DNA of 20,000 nucleotides, from contig JYFJ02001744.1 in NCBI GenBank assembly GCA_000934665.2, positions 50,976-70,975 on the forward strand, in the 5' to 3' direction. Positions 1 to 11,600 of this stretch are shown in pieces. This stretch comes from Catajapyx aquilonaris (taxonomy: Eukaryota). The stretch's first letter is position 1. Each line of letters opens with the position of its first letter. A program made the position numbers and the translations under genes. The notes below the pieces were generated by a model. That model searched no databases. It was not told where the DNA came from and saw only the letters and a list, made by a program, of their open reading frames with translations.

Positions 1-3000
1 GCAGTAACTGATGTAAGCATGTGTGTGTGAAAAGAACAAAATTGGAACTGATATATTCATACAGATGAAGCTGATTACTTGGTTGATGTGCAGTGTGTCA
101 CCAGCATTGTCATTTGTATTGATAATGAATTAATAAGACTGCACAGAAATTGTAACTGGAGATGTAAAATATACACAATGTCATACTTAATAAGTAAATA
201 TACTTAATAGACCCAACAGAGCAAGAAGTGCAGCTCTTCATATACAATCTGTAACAGCCCGCAACTGTGTAAAAAATATGTGATTACCTATATGAATAAC
301 CAGAATGTTAATGGCTCATCTGTTGCATTACCGTGATTAATGGGTTTTCAGATAATAACCATTACCTGGGCTCCTTATCCTCAAGGACTTGGAGAAGTAC
401 CGTTCTACTTGAATCCCCATAAACTAAATATACGTCGTTGGATGGCGATCAACTTTTTACCACTCTTCTTCAGTTGCCGCAACACTTACACCTCCTGCCT
501 AGAGGGTGGTATGGTTCAGCTCACAATTCTCAAAATATCTTGGTGTTATGCAAGTGAGACCTGTTATTTCTTGTACAGTACATCGTAACTTCATTTGGGG
601 TTGTTGCAGTTATGAACATTTTACATGGAATAATGCATTCTCAACTCTGATATTACAGTGGCTTTAATATGACCATTTTTCTAGGATCTGGAATAATCGA
701 AATCATGGGCTGTGTTAATAAGCTCATACAGTCGGTAAATAATTTTACACCATAAAAGTACAAGATTACAAACTAGATACATAATATTAATCAACATAAT
801 TAATGACTCTTGATCACAAGGAGTCTTTTGATCAATCATTCCATTCACTTTTTTTCTCTCATCCAAAGGGGGCAATAGTGACTGGCACACTTTTATAACT
901 GCTTTGAGTTTCATGGTGATTGATTGCTTGGGAATATATTATTTTGTGAAATTAATTAGAAAAGGGAAAATTATTATAAATTGTCAGTACTTAAATTATG
1001 TAGCTATCTTATTGGTCGTACGTATGAGCAGCGATTATTGCAGGGAAAATGCAGGGGTAATCAATAGTCTGTCAATAATTTATTATGAAGTTTTTGGCAT
1101 GTGCCAACAACAAATATGTCCACTTCTGAGTGCACAGCATGCATATGTCAGGTATGGATATTGATTAAAATGACAAAAGTAGAACGTATGAGAATGTCAT
1201 CTTCCTTTCAATCTAAATCAATGATGGATGTGTCATAATTGTGTGCCTTAAGTAGTTTTTCTCGTATTATTTGGGTCAAAATTATTATTAGATAAGAGTC
1301 ACGTCAGGAAGGAAGTCTTCATGTAAGTACAGTGTGTAATAAATATTTATAAATGCTGACCCCTTAATATATTTGTTATACGTAAATTAATTTTCAGAAC
1401 GTTGGGTATATCTAGGCGTACTATTTCTGGAAAATATTTGAAAATGGCTTGATCAATAAATTCATCTGCAACTAATAAATTCTGGAATAAGGAAGGAATA
1501 AAGTTAATTAGGGAGTGAATGTCGAATGAAATATTTTATAAACCTGATGCACTGATCGGATGTGGGAGTGCACAAAATAATGCACACAAATACGGGGAGA
1601 AAGGGCTGCCAATAACTGCACCTGAATATCTTTTAAAATGGGTCAGACCAAATTAAAAGTCTGAGAAATGGCAAATATAACACTGACTGTGCATTACAGT
1701 GACGAACCGCATGCACAGAGATAGAAAGAAGTTATGTCATCGGATGTTGTAGCTATTAATTGGCTATGAGTAATATAGATTATGTCGGTGTTCAATACTT
1801 CATGAAGGCAAGGGAAGATATCCTTTTGGGGGACTCCATAAATTCAGATATCTATTTTTTTTTGCATACATTCATTTTGTGACAATCATTAATAAGTTAG
1901 ACTAATCCTTTTTGCTGAGTGATGCTTTTGTTAATGAAGGTAATTAAATTGCATATCACAGATTGACACATTGACTGGCTATTAGGGTTTATGTTGCTAA
2001 TATTATGGCCTTCTATTATTTGCAGTGATATTTTGCCAATATTGATTTCCGATGCTGAGGCAAAGTAGCCCTTCACTATGATTAATAGGATCTGGCGATT
2101 GCTGCTACTCAAACTTACTGAGTGTAAGTAATAAGGGCGGGAATAATCTCCTAATATTGCGTTGACATATCAGGTCGTTATTAAGCTGTGTGTAAACTGT
2201 AGTAAAAACCCGAACTGATGCCAATATAGGACCAACTCAGGTAATTCTTCATCGATTTATTATTTCTCACGCGCAATAATATGCTCCACTGATACCGTGA
2301 CAGTCATTGGTCCGGAACGTCGTTTCAGAAAGAGGTGCTTACAAAGGGCATATTCCTGATAATTTTCATACTGTATAATCTTCCTGTGTAATCGGCATCG
2401 TATGGTAATTAACCAAGCGTAATTTTGTCATATGATGCCGAAAAACTCGTAGGCTAACATAATATTATAATATGAGTAGTTTTTTGTCATCCTCATGTGC
2501 GTATACAGTATGGAGTGGAATAAAAATTGTAGCCTGTTTAGATTACATGGATGAGGAAATTAAATTATCATTAGTACCTGCCACAATAATCAAAATGTCT
2601 GCATCTGAATAAAAATTGCTAATTACCTTTTGTGCATTGATAATTCGTACATGAATCGGAGAAATGTCATCAAGTACTGCATAATTATTATGACACTGTG
2701 TACTGTACAAACGGTGCATTGCAGCCTGCAGTGACCGCAGCGCATTGCTGCACACCTAAGTAAGCAGGGGGAAAAGTAGTCTACTACATGATGAACTAGG
2801 GACCCACATTTTGCCAAGCTCGCCAGGTGATACTGTATACAACTCTAGGTCCATTTCCTGCAAGTGACCTTAAACAAGGTAACTCCACCCATTATATGAT
2901 ACAGAGATTGAAACGAACGGGAAAAAACAGTTGTAAACAACATTACTTTTCCTGCGGCAATCAGAAGCTGTTTTGCACTGCATAATGCCACGGCCAAATC

Positions 3001-4599
3001 CTGCTCTTTTAAGCCCTGAGGTAAAAAATCGGATCTGAATTTTGCTAATTAGCTGCATAATATTTTTGGTACAGTTTGCGCAAACGCCACAGTAAAGAGT
3101 ATAATGAGGCTTAATTGCAATCAACACCAACAATTATGGCACAATTTGGCAACTGTTAAGTAAATAGAGTCGTAATTGAGGCTGAATACTAGTCGACATT
3201 TGTTATAATCCATTGGTAATTAATTTATTTTTGATTCCCCTAGTGGATCAACAGTACTGAAACAGCAAAATACTGTATTAAAGCTGTACTATCCCATAAC
3301 TTGGAAGAGATATGCTGCGGAAACATTACGTTGTAGAGGAGGAAGAGAGAAGATTGGAACAGATTTTTGCAGCTGTTGTTATCGTCGTGGAATCCTGCAG
3401 GTAAACAAAAGGAGCGGCTTAATTTTAGCCACACTATAAGACAAAGATGGAGCAACTTGTAGATTTTTCAACTCCTGTCCTAATTATGCCCTTGCACATG
3501 ACAATGCAATCTCTGACATTATTTTTTAAAGCAACAATGATGTGCGTTGTGTGCTTATTCCGTTGCAGATTCCCTGATTAATTTCAATGCACTTTGTAAG
3601 TACAGTACTTCACTTTATTTACAATGCTATTTATTATATTAAATCCCAGGGTCGTTTTTGCGGATGGATTATCATTTTTAGCGTCATTCAGGCATGTACA
3701 ATACACGACTAATAATAAGCATTTTATCGACACAGCTCGGTTCCCAGCCTCGAGGCCAAATAGGAAGCATCCGACGATGTGAAGGAAGTTGGCGTAATTA
3801 GTGGTCAACAAAAGTTCTGCATTCAGTGAAGCCTGTCGATTGACGCATAGTTATTTTCAGTATAAGTTACACCTAACTAGATAATCATGCCCGCATAATC
3901 GCACATCCCCCATGTGTAATTAGAGGAAGTGCACCTTCCTGATGTGTTCTAAGATTTTGGTACGTCCGGGAAAAAATGACGTCGAATTTGCATGAACACG
4001 TCTTACGTCACACTTTGCATTTAGCAGGATCGTGATTTTTATCCGGACGTATCTGTACCCGCACAATCGTCCCCATTCCAGTTGTCAGAGTCAAAAGCCA
4101 CATTGTTCAGCACGTCTTCATTTGCATGATCCTTGGAGCGAATTTATAATTAACCACCAGGCACATACGTCATTTCGTACGCATGCATTCACTTGTCATT
4201 CATTCGGCAGAATTACAATCCATGGTCTCCAGCCGGCGACTCCAAAGTTCATGGCACTTTCTCCAGTCACATTTTCTGACCTCCAGGTTCTATGAGGCAA
4301 TCAAAATTCCTGAAGCTCTCTCTGAAAATGGACTCTAGTATGGTGGTTGAAGACACTGGCACGTGTTGCCCAAAAATGAGGATAGTAATCAATGCCAGCC
4401 ATTTTTGGCGCCATTTGGAACCAGCTGCCGCCAACTCCTCCAATTCAATCGTCCTGCCAAACTTGCACTTTGCTCCAAGACAAAAAAAAAGCCATCCAGT
4501 ATGTGAAGGCCACATATTAAGGTCATGAAAAGTGTCCTTGTAAGGTACCTGGTCACCCCCCAAAAAAATTCTTTGTGCGTATCCCCCCAAAAAATTCCG

Positions 4600-4980
4600 G
4601 GAGCCTAGAGCACGTGAGTCGCACCCCGGATCGACAACCTGCCGCAGTTGCATCCAGACTCCAGACCTGCCAGGACGTGGTCCGGTGCATCGCTCATATT
4701 GGCCTCGAAATTTTTTTTGTGTACCGTCCGGTCACGTGAGTATACTTTTTACGTTGCATTTTTTTTCTTTCTTTCTATGCACCCCCCTCTGGTTCTCATC
4801 CAGCCCACTTTCCCTCGAGTTGGGTTGGCAAAGTGCTCATCTCTTTGCGCGGATGGACAGCAGCTGTTGAGCTTTTGCCTGACTTCATGTTGTGCTGTAT
4901 ATATGTGTGCGCGAGAGACGTGGGCTGAGCAGTTCTCAAGAGGCCGATGCCCCGACCAGGTTGGCGCGGTGTAGTTGGTG
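4600..4980 (+). promoter_or_regulatory. GC/CpG-rich candidate promoter or regulatory region upstream of the M13-like gene
   Basis: Visibly richer in GC and CpG than its flanks; CACGTG E-boxes at 4611-4616 and 4733-4738 (another at 4360-4365). Confidence 0.35.
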
Positions 4981-5271
4981 CATGACTGAGTCTCCACGTA
5001 GCAGTTTTCAAGGACCCACCTTCTTTCAGGGGGGAGTGTTGAAGTGCAATATTTTGATAGTGGGATGGCTTGAAATGTGACGGTAATCACAGGAATTTAT
5101 AGTGACCCTGAAATTACACTGAATATACGTGGATATCCGGAGGAAGTTGGTGACTATACCCCCATTTTTTTATACCACAGCACAAGATGTTCCAGTCTGG
5201 CGGATGAAGATGGCACCTGAAAAACAGTGCCGGTTGCTCGTGTGACGTGTTACAAATTACGAGACCATCAG

Positions 5272-5339
5272 GAGTGTTTATTTCAGTCGTCTCCTGATTT
5301 ATCTGCCCTTTTTTTCTGAAACCCTCTGTGATTGGCACA
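5272..5339 (+). other. Candidate splice acceptor (gtttatttcag, AG at 5285-5286) and 5' UTR part of the ATG-containing exon
   Basis: TTTCAG acceptor of the same form as acceptors at exons 2, 5, 7 and 14; implies upstream non-coding exon(s). Confidence 0.45.
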
Positions 5340-5651
5340 ATGTCCAATAGTACCATCAACAAACCTCGAGAGAACGGGCTGGAGTTGGACTCGGCTGAAA
5401 AGGAACCGTGTTTGGACTCGGAAAAGGGTAGGGGGGAAGATGGTGAAGATGGGGATGTTGGAAAAGTGGACAAGTTGAAAGCGGCACTTGCGTTAACTCG
5501 AAAAGGATTTGTGGTCCTTGTGGTGTTGGCGGTGCTTCTACTCATCTTCTTCCTGATCATCATCATCATGGCTGCACTCTGGCCGGGAAGAGGGAGTGGT
5601 CACTCGAATGACATGTGTCGTGACCCGGCCTGTTTCGCCATCTCGGCCGAG
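5340..5651 (+). CDS. M13-like gene coding exon 1: cytoplasmic tail, signal-anchor TM (GFVVLVVLAVLLLIFFLIIIIMAALW), CRDPAC
   Basis: ATG 5340 (ACAATG) with in-frame upstream TGA at 5295-5297; basic RK before a hydrophobic run; donor GAG|GTTAGT at 5652, phase 0. Confidence 0.9.
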
Positions 5652-8600
5652 GTTAGTGGGATGGGTTTCTGATCATTGTTGTATTCAAGGCTTTAGTTTG
5701 AAAGGAAATAGGATCATAAAAAATTTGTGGATGCCAAATCCTTGTTTTCAATTCTGCACAGCTGCCAATCATTCTAAATTTTCTTGTGGCATATGGGCTC
5801 TGTTCTGGTAACCAGAAACAACTTTGGTGCTGAGATTGATAAAACCGGTTTCGATAGGTGCAGGAATGAATGTGTGGAACCTGTATGCCCTTGAGAATAT
5901 GCGCCTTCCCGCCTTTTACACTGTGTGTCTCATCATTCCGCTTACACCAGGAGTTACATCGTTGGAAAGTTTGTATAGGCTTTTCAACAGTGTGCTCCAG
6001 GCTAAATTTGAAGATAAGTTGACAAGCGCGAATTGTGAAACACACGGTATATAGTCAATGTTGACGAACATTTGCAATATTGCTGATAACGTGCGTAACT
6101 TTGCAAGGGGAGCTAATTTAATAGGTCGTATAATTATGCAACGTAAATTTGATAACTGTAACCCACGATAACTTTGGTATAACTTTAATTACCAGTGGTA
6201 ATTAGCTGATTAAACATTAATTGATTACAAGTTAGCCGGTGCCTAAACTACTCAGCCTATGTTGTTGAATTAATTACCCCACAGTTTACTGACTATAATG
6301 TTCAAACATGCCCAATACCCGTGTGAAAAAAAAATTCTGCCTAAAAGTAAGTGAACGACCCTTTATGCTACGGCGAACATTAAATTTGTTCTGGGTTATA
6401 AATTATAAATACGACTACGCCCCATTGACTAAAAATACTAACGGATGATGAACGGCCACCCACATTAAATCTGATTATACCCCTGTCAATTCGATTATTA
6501 AAATCTGCACAAAGATATATCTCGTCTGAAGATTAGTACCTCAAATGGCAGCCTTGGCCTATCATTGTCGACAGTTCCCATCTTTAAGGTCGTGCGTCTC
6601 CCTCCCTTCAAGCACTGCTTTATGACATCAAAGGAGACAGATTGGGTTTTAATCCACGCCACCGGAATCTCCCCCAGAATATTCTAAGCCAATCAAACCC
6701 GACCATCTGGAAATTTCCGCAGATGGAGATCAATGTCTCCTAATCTTCAAATTTATACTGTCCGACTGCTTGGAATCGATCCTTCGCTAGATACGGACTG
6801 TTTCTTCTTTTGTTGTGTCCACAAAAAAAAGCTACGGTGTCTTTGGCGCCCCAATGTACTATCTAATTAGAAACGGGGACATCATCTCTCTGTTGTGGTT
6901 GCTCTTCATTTGCAAGGTAAATGAGCAGAGCTGGCATCCGCTTTATGGCGGAGGAGCCATCAGAAACAGCTTCTTGGAAGCCAGGAATAATAATAAAAAG
7001 GTTATGTCCGGATGCTGAATGAGAAAGACTTTTGTTACCAGCCAGATGGTTCTCTGCTCCTTAAAATGGCTGGATACAATTTCCGGTCTGCAAATTACAG
7101 ATATTGATATCCGGATGGTTAATTAATCTGACGGGCGTCATATCGCAATGAGGATTCGCAGCAGTCGGACAGGTTTTTGGTTTGAGGCCAAAATGTGCCA
7201 CCAAAAATCTTCCGGCTCTTGAAATAGACCACTTGTCGAATGACTCCAGAGGCAGCAACTATCCAATCGAATCCGGACGTGCGTATATTTACATTCTGCA
7301 CATGTTGCGAAACATTATCTTCGAGAGATTCACTGGGTCAAGATGGCAGTTATGAAGTGTACAAAATCTTTCAAGTGAGGCATAAATTCTATTTCGGCTG
7401 ACTGTCAAGTGCTCGGTTTGGGCCTCCTCTTAATTCTGCGAAATTGGATCCAGAATCTCGCCAAAAGGGTCTTTGGCCCCTTATGGAAATTTGACGTGGT
7501 TTCGCTCCGGATCTTCCTCTTGTTGTGGAGTGTTGAAGGACAATGGCGCGTCTTGTGCCCCGTTAGTGAACCTGCTACAGAAAAGGCCAGTCTGGATCTA
7601 CTCGGTGAAGTGATTCTTCTAGCAGGTCAAAATCCTTGAAGTACTGTGTTTTCAACGGCTTGTGATGCATCAAATAGCTTTAATAACACTCTCAGTCACG
7701 TTTCTTCGAAAAAATGAACTTTATTTACATCTTGAAGTAACATGACTGACAGTGTACTCGAAGATCTGAAATGTAGCCAACAGAGTTACATTTTCCCCGA
7801 GATTGAAATAGTGGAGTATAATCGTTGAAGCGAACTTTCTGATGCAGTTAGTGCAATAACAAATCCATAAAGGAATGCATTTTTAAAAATAGGGGAAATG
7901 CCATTTTCAAGCTTCAAACACTCTTATACTCTAAATGACTCCAATGTGACTCTGATCGTTCTGCGTTGTCTTTTCTTGAAAAAGGGGCCATGCCCACCAT
8001 GATCGGTCATTAAAGCATAAAGCTGGATTGTAGTACAATTCTATAGGAGGAGAAAGGTTGTTTATTTTCTAGTGGTAGCAATTACGGTGGTTCAATTACA
8101 GCTGCTTCACGCTAGCTATTTATGGTATTTGGGGGCTAGATAATTATTTGCCAAAAATGGCATTTGCTTTTTAATTGAGTGTCGTGTGTAGGAAAAGTTA
8201 CAGTTCTCATTTTGTTTATTTTAATATACCGGTGACAGCAGTTTTTACACTGTACCGTATGTGACAGAGCCATTATTTCTGTACAGTACACCTGCACAGT
8301 ATCCATTTATATGACAGCCTGGCATGAATGTTTGCTGCGAAAAAAATTCAGCTGAAATGTTTGCCTGACTTTGAGTATATGACCCCACCGAACTGGTGTT
8401 AGCATAGGAAATTATTGAGTAAAAAGAAATATTGTTAGAGCCAGCCAATTACTACTAACTCTTATATACGCCAGCAGTGAACCTGCAAAACAGGGCCGCT
8501 TCATTTTGAATATTGAATTTTAAAAATTGATGACTCCCTAGAGTCAGCAAAAAATATCAAAAATGCAAAAGGGGCTTCGGAACGAGATAGCCCCATATTC

Positions 8601-11600
8601 AGCTAAGCTCCTAATTTATGTCAGGTGATCGAGAGCTGTAATCCCACCGAACTGGGATTTCATACCAAGCTGACAGCTTCCGATCCACAGCTATTTAAAA
8701 ATGAGCAGAATTGGTAAAAAAAATATAACAAAGCTTCGCATATTTAATTGACATCCCTGCAATGCTGACAGACCCCCTCAAAAAAATTCTGTACCCACCA
8801 TGCAACATATTTTTAGCTAATATTGCATCAGCTCTGCCAGAGAGTGGGCAGCCATGAATATGCGCGCCTTTATACAAGCTTTTCCCATCAAAATGCAATT
8901 TGTAGGTGGAAAGAGTGCACCGAATTGTCAGCCATGTAACGGTTAATTTCCTAGCTTCATTTACCCCTTGAATTTTTATGCTGTCACTGCAAAATTAGTC
9001 CTGCCATTTTTTTAAAACTATGGAACAAACTGCGTAGAAACACTGCAGTCACGTGTAAGCCATATCCAAGGCTACGTGTAAGATCGGGCTTTTAGATGGC
9101 AAAGTATCTTTGCTTGTCCCAGTTCTTTTGGCCCTCTACCTTTATCCGGATCTTCCGTTCAACGAGACGAGACGGGCTATTGCACAGCAGGAAGGAGCAA
9201 GGTAGCCCGACAAACAAACTTGGGAGTACAGTATTTAGGATTGCGGCACAGATTTAGTGCAAATGTAATTATCGAAGGACCCATGGAGGCTTCAACCCGG
9301 CTGCAAATTCCCTCGGCACAGGAAGGGCAGCTTTTCTCCTTCAACTAATCCGTCTAATTCAGTAGCAGGCGTGGTTTCCTCAGGTGGCGAAACGCTCTAG
9401 AATGAAACGATGCTATGCTAATAGGCCCTTCTGAATCCTACCCATTCAAAGGACATGTATGCTCTGAGACATCCTTTTCGAATCCAGCTTTGTGGGTAGG
9501 ATTACACATGTTAGGCATGTAAATACAGTAAGAAGACAGAATAATTCGGGTGCAAAGTTAGGTATTGATTTTTGTACGACTTTGCTCGTGTATATTCACA
9601 GCTAGAATTTCTAGAATTAATGAGCTCGGTGCGTGTTTTGATTTTCTAGAAAAATGTTAATTTTTTTCGCTGGAGCACTTTCAATTAATTTCTATTTTTC
9701 CATCAGCTTGTGCAAATATTTGCTCTTTCCATTCAACCTTTTTTTTTTACTTACCGGATTCATTTTTGTTGGCATAAGGCTATACACTCTGTACAGTTCA
9801 CATCGTCTATAAATGAACGAGATCCAATTTTGTTCGACATAATATAATTATACCCTGTTAGTCGGAAGCATTCTTTCCCCTGATACACATGACAGGTTAG
9901 AGTTCACATGATTACCTCTGAGTTATACTTATGTAATTGAAGGGACTGTAATTTTAAGACCTGCCAATTTGGCGCTTCCGTATTTCACTACCTTAATAAT
10001 TCTACGTATGGTATGTACTTGATGGTAAAATAATACGGTTCTCCAAAGATGTACCGAAGAAAAATATATGAAACATTGCGCGCAGAATAATAAGAGCATT
10101 GCGCCAGTAAACGATTCAAATCGAATCAAATCCCATCCAATAAAAATATCCTACGTAAATGCATGTCAATGTGCGTCTGATTAAATTAGGCTCTAACTGA
10201 GTTAGGGCAGCCAACTCATCCATTGAAATGGATTAAACTGAAATAAATTAAAATATCACGAGATTGATAGCACTTTTTCAATGTCACCGTCCCTTATTAT
10301 GCAGTTAAGGCTCAAGTGGACAGTGAGGCAGGTCCATTGCGACAGGGGGCATAACTCAATAATGCCACATCTGGAAAATGTCCGAAATGAAAAAAAAGGA
10401 GAGGAAGAGCAGTGCATCGAAGGTTGGTGCCTTATTGTCAACCAAGTTGTGTTGTGTGGAGGAGGATGTCCTCAATTTGGTGTTGGCATCGAGCCCAGTG
10501 GGCCCCAGAGGCACCAATTAGATCACCTTTTCGCCTTGAGTAATGGTTAAGGCTCAGAAGGGAGATGGACGCAATCATGCGGCGAAGACCAATTGCTCTT
10601 AACAACCTTTGCCACTTGGGGTCATTTTCAATGGCCGCCTGTCAAGGAGACTTTGTGCCCCCGGTATCAACACATCCCGACACTCCCTCAACAAACTACA
10701 GAAATGGGACTCAAAAGGAAGGAGTCTGGATTCTTCCAAAGTTTTATTGTCCCTGCTTTGAGGTCAATGACCCCGGAGGAACCATGCAGCAAATGCAAAT
10801 TGCTGTAAATTTCCCGTTGCATCGTACCAGCATGGTGCAGCTGCGACATTCGGACAGATTGAGTGGTCATTTCCGCCTGGTGACATGACACTCTTCGGGG
10901 GTCTATTAAATCATGGGCCCTCGCTTTGGTTTCGGCTAATGAAAATGTGAGCATGTCAAGTAGTTGGGAGTCGAAGAAGTTGGTCGTGTGCCATGCATAC
11001 GATGAATAGCGTCTTGAACGATGTGTGAAGATGCTGGTGATGGACCCACATTGATTTTTTGGCACGCGATCTTCGCGTATAGCAATTTAAGCAGGGTTAT
11101 TAGCTAAAATCGGATGATTTAAGCCGCACTGATTTTTTTTGCATAATCGGGTCTTCCACATGGATAATGATGCAAAAAATACACTTATTGTGCTTGCAAA
11201 AGCGGCGAATTAAAGCAGGCCCGAATGGACCCGAATTACCGATTCGAATAACTAACATGTCATTTTCCTCTGTGCAAAGTGGGAGTGGAGGATACTGCAC
11301 CCTTATAGTGCCCATTAAAAAGTTTAAGGTCCCCTTAATTAACGCTAAGATAGTAGACTATGTTTATTTTGGTCATGCTGCATTTAACAAAGAGCAACAT
11401 TGTCAAGGCTGGCTCTGTACTTCCAATTAGAACTAATTAACGTTCTCCTTTCCCTGTGAATACAATACTGGCGCATAAACGAGCAGTTCCGTCTCTTTAC
11501 TTCTTTTTTTTTTGCTATTTTCCTTCCGCCGATTCGCTACGAATTATCTGCCAACTTTCTTGAAAGCAAAGGCAGTTTCCTGGGTTCCATCAATCTTCCG

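Noticed and set aside
1..1502. AT-rich, CpG-poor start of the window with AATAAA at 1338, 1455, 1474 and 1497, as the 3' UTR of an upstream gene
   Set aside because: Plausible, but no coding exon is visible and AATAAA is common in AT-rich DNA.
4556..4598. Two copies of CCCCCC-A(6-7)-TTC (a similar string occurs near 8773)
   Set aside because: Low complexity; resembles MITE ends but no matching opposite terminus was found.
340..5090. Short ORFs upstream of the gene in the ORF track
   Set aside because: No recognisable domains; many use non-ATG starts, and their composition is typical of non-coding DNA.
5114..5569. 151-aa minus-strand ORF (also 13159-13524, 13578-13802, 15754-16089 and 17879-18082)
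   Set aside because: Antisense shadows of real + strand exons, with no recognisable domain.
7575..7670. 31-aa minus-strand ORF MHHKPLKTQYFKDFDLLEESLHRVDPDWPFL in intron 1
   Set aside because: Looks protein-like but is too short, and I have no homology or splice support for it.
10256..11430. Cluster of overlapping ORFs in a GC-richer part of intron 1, as a possible nested gene
   Set aside because: No recognisable motifs or coherent exon chain; short ORFs are expected at this composition.
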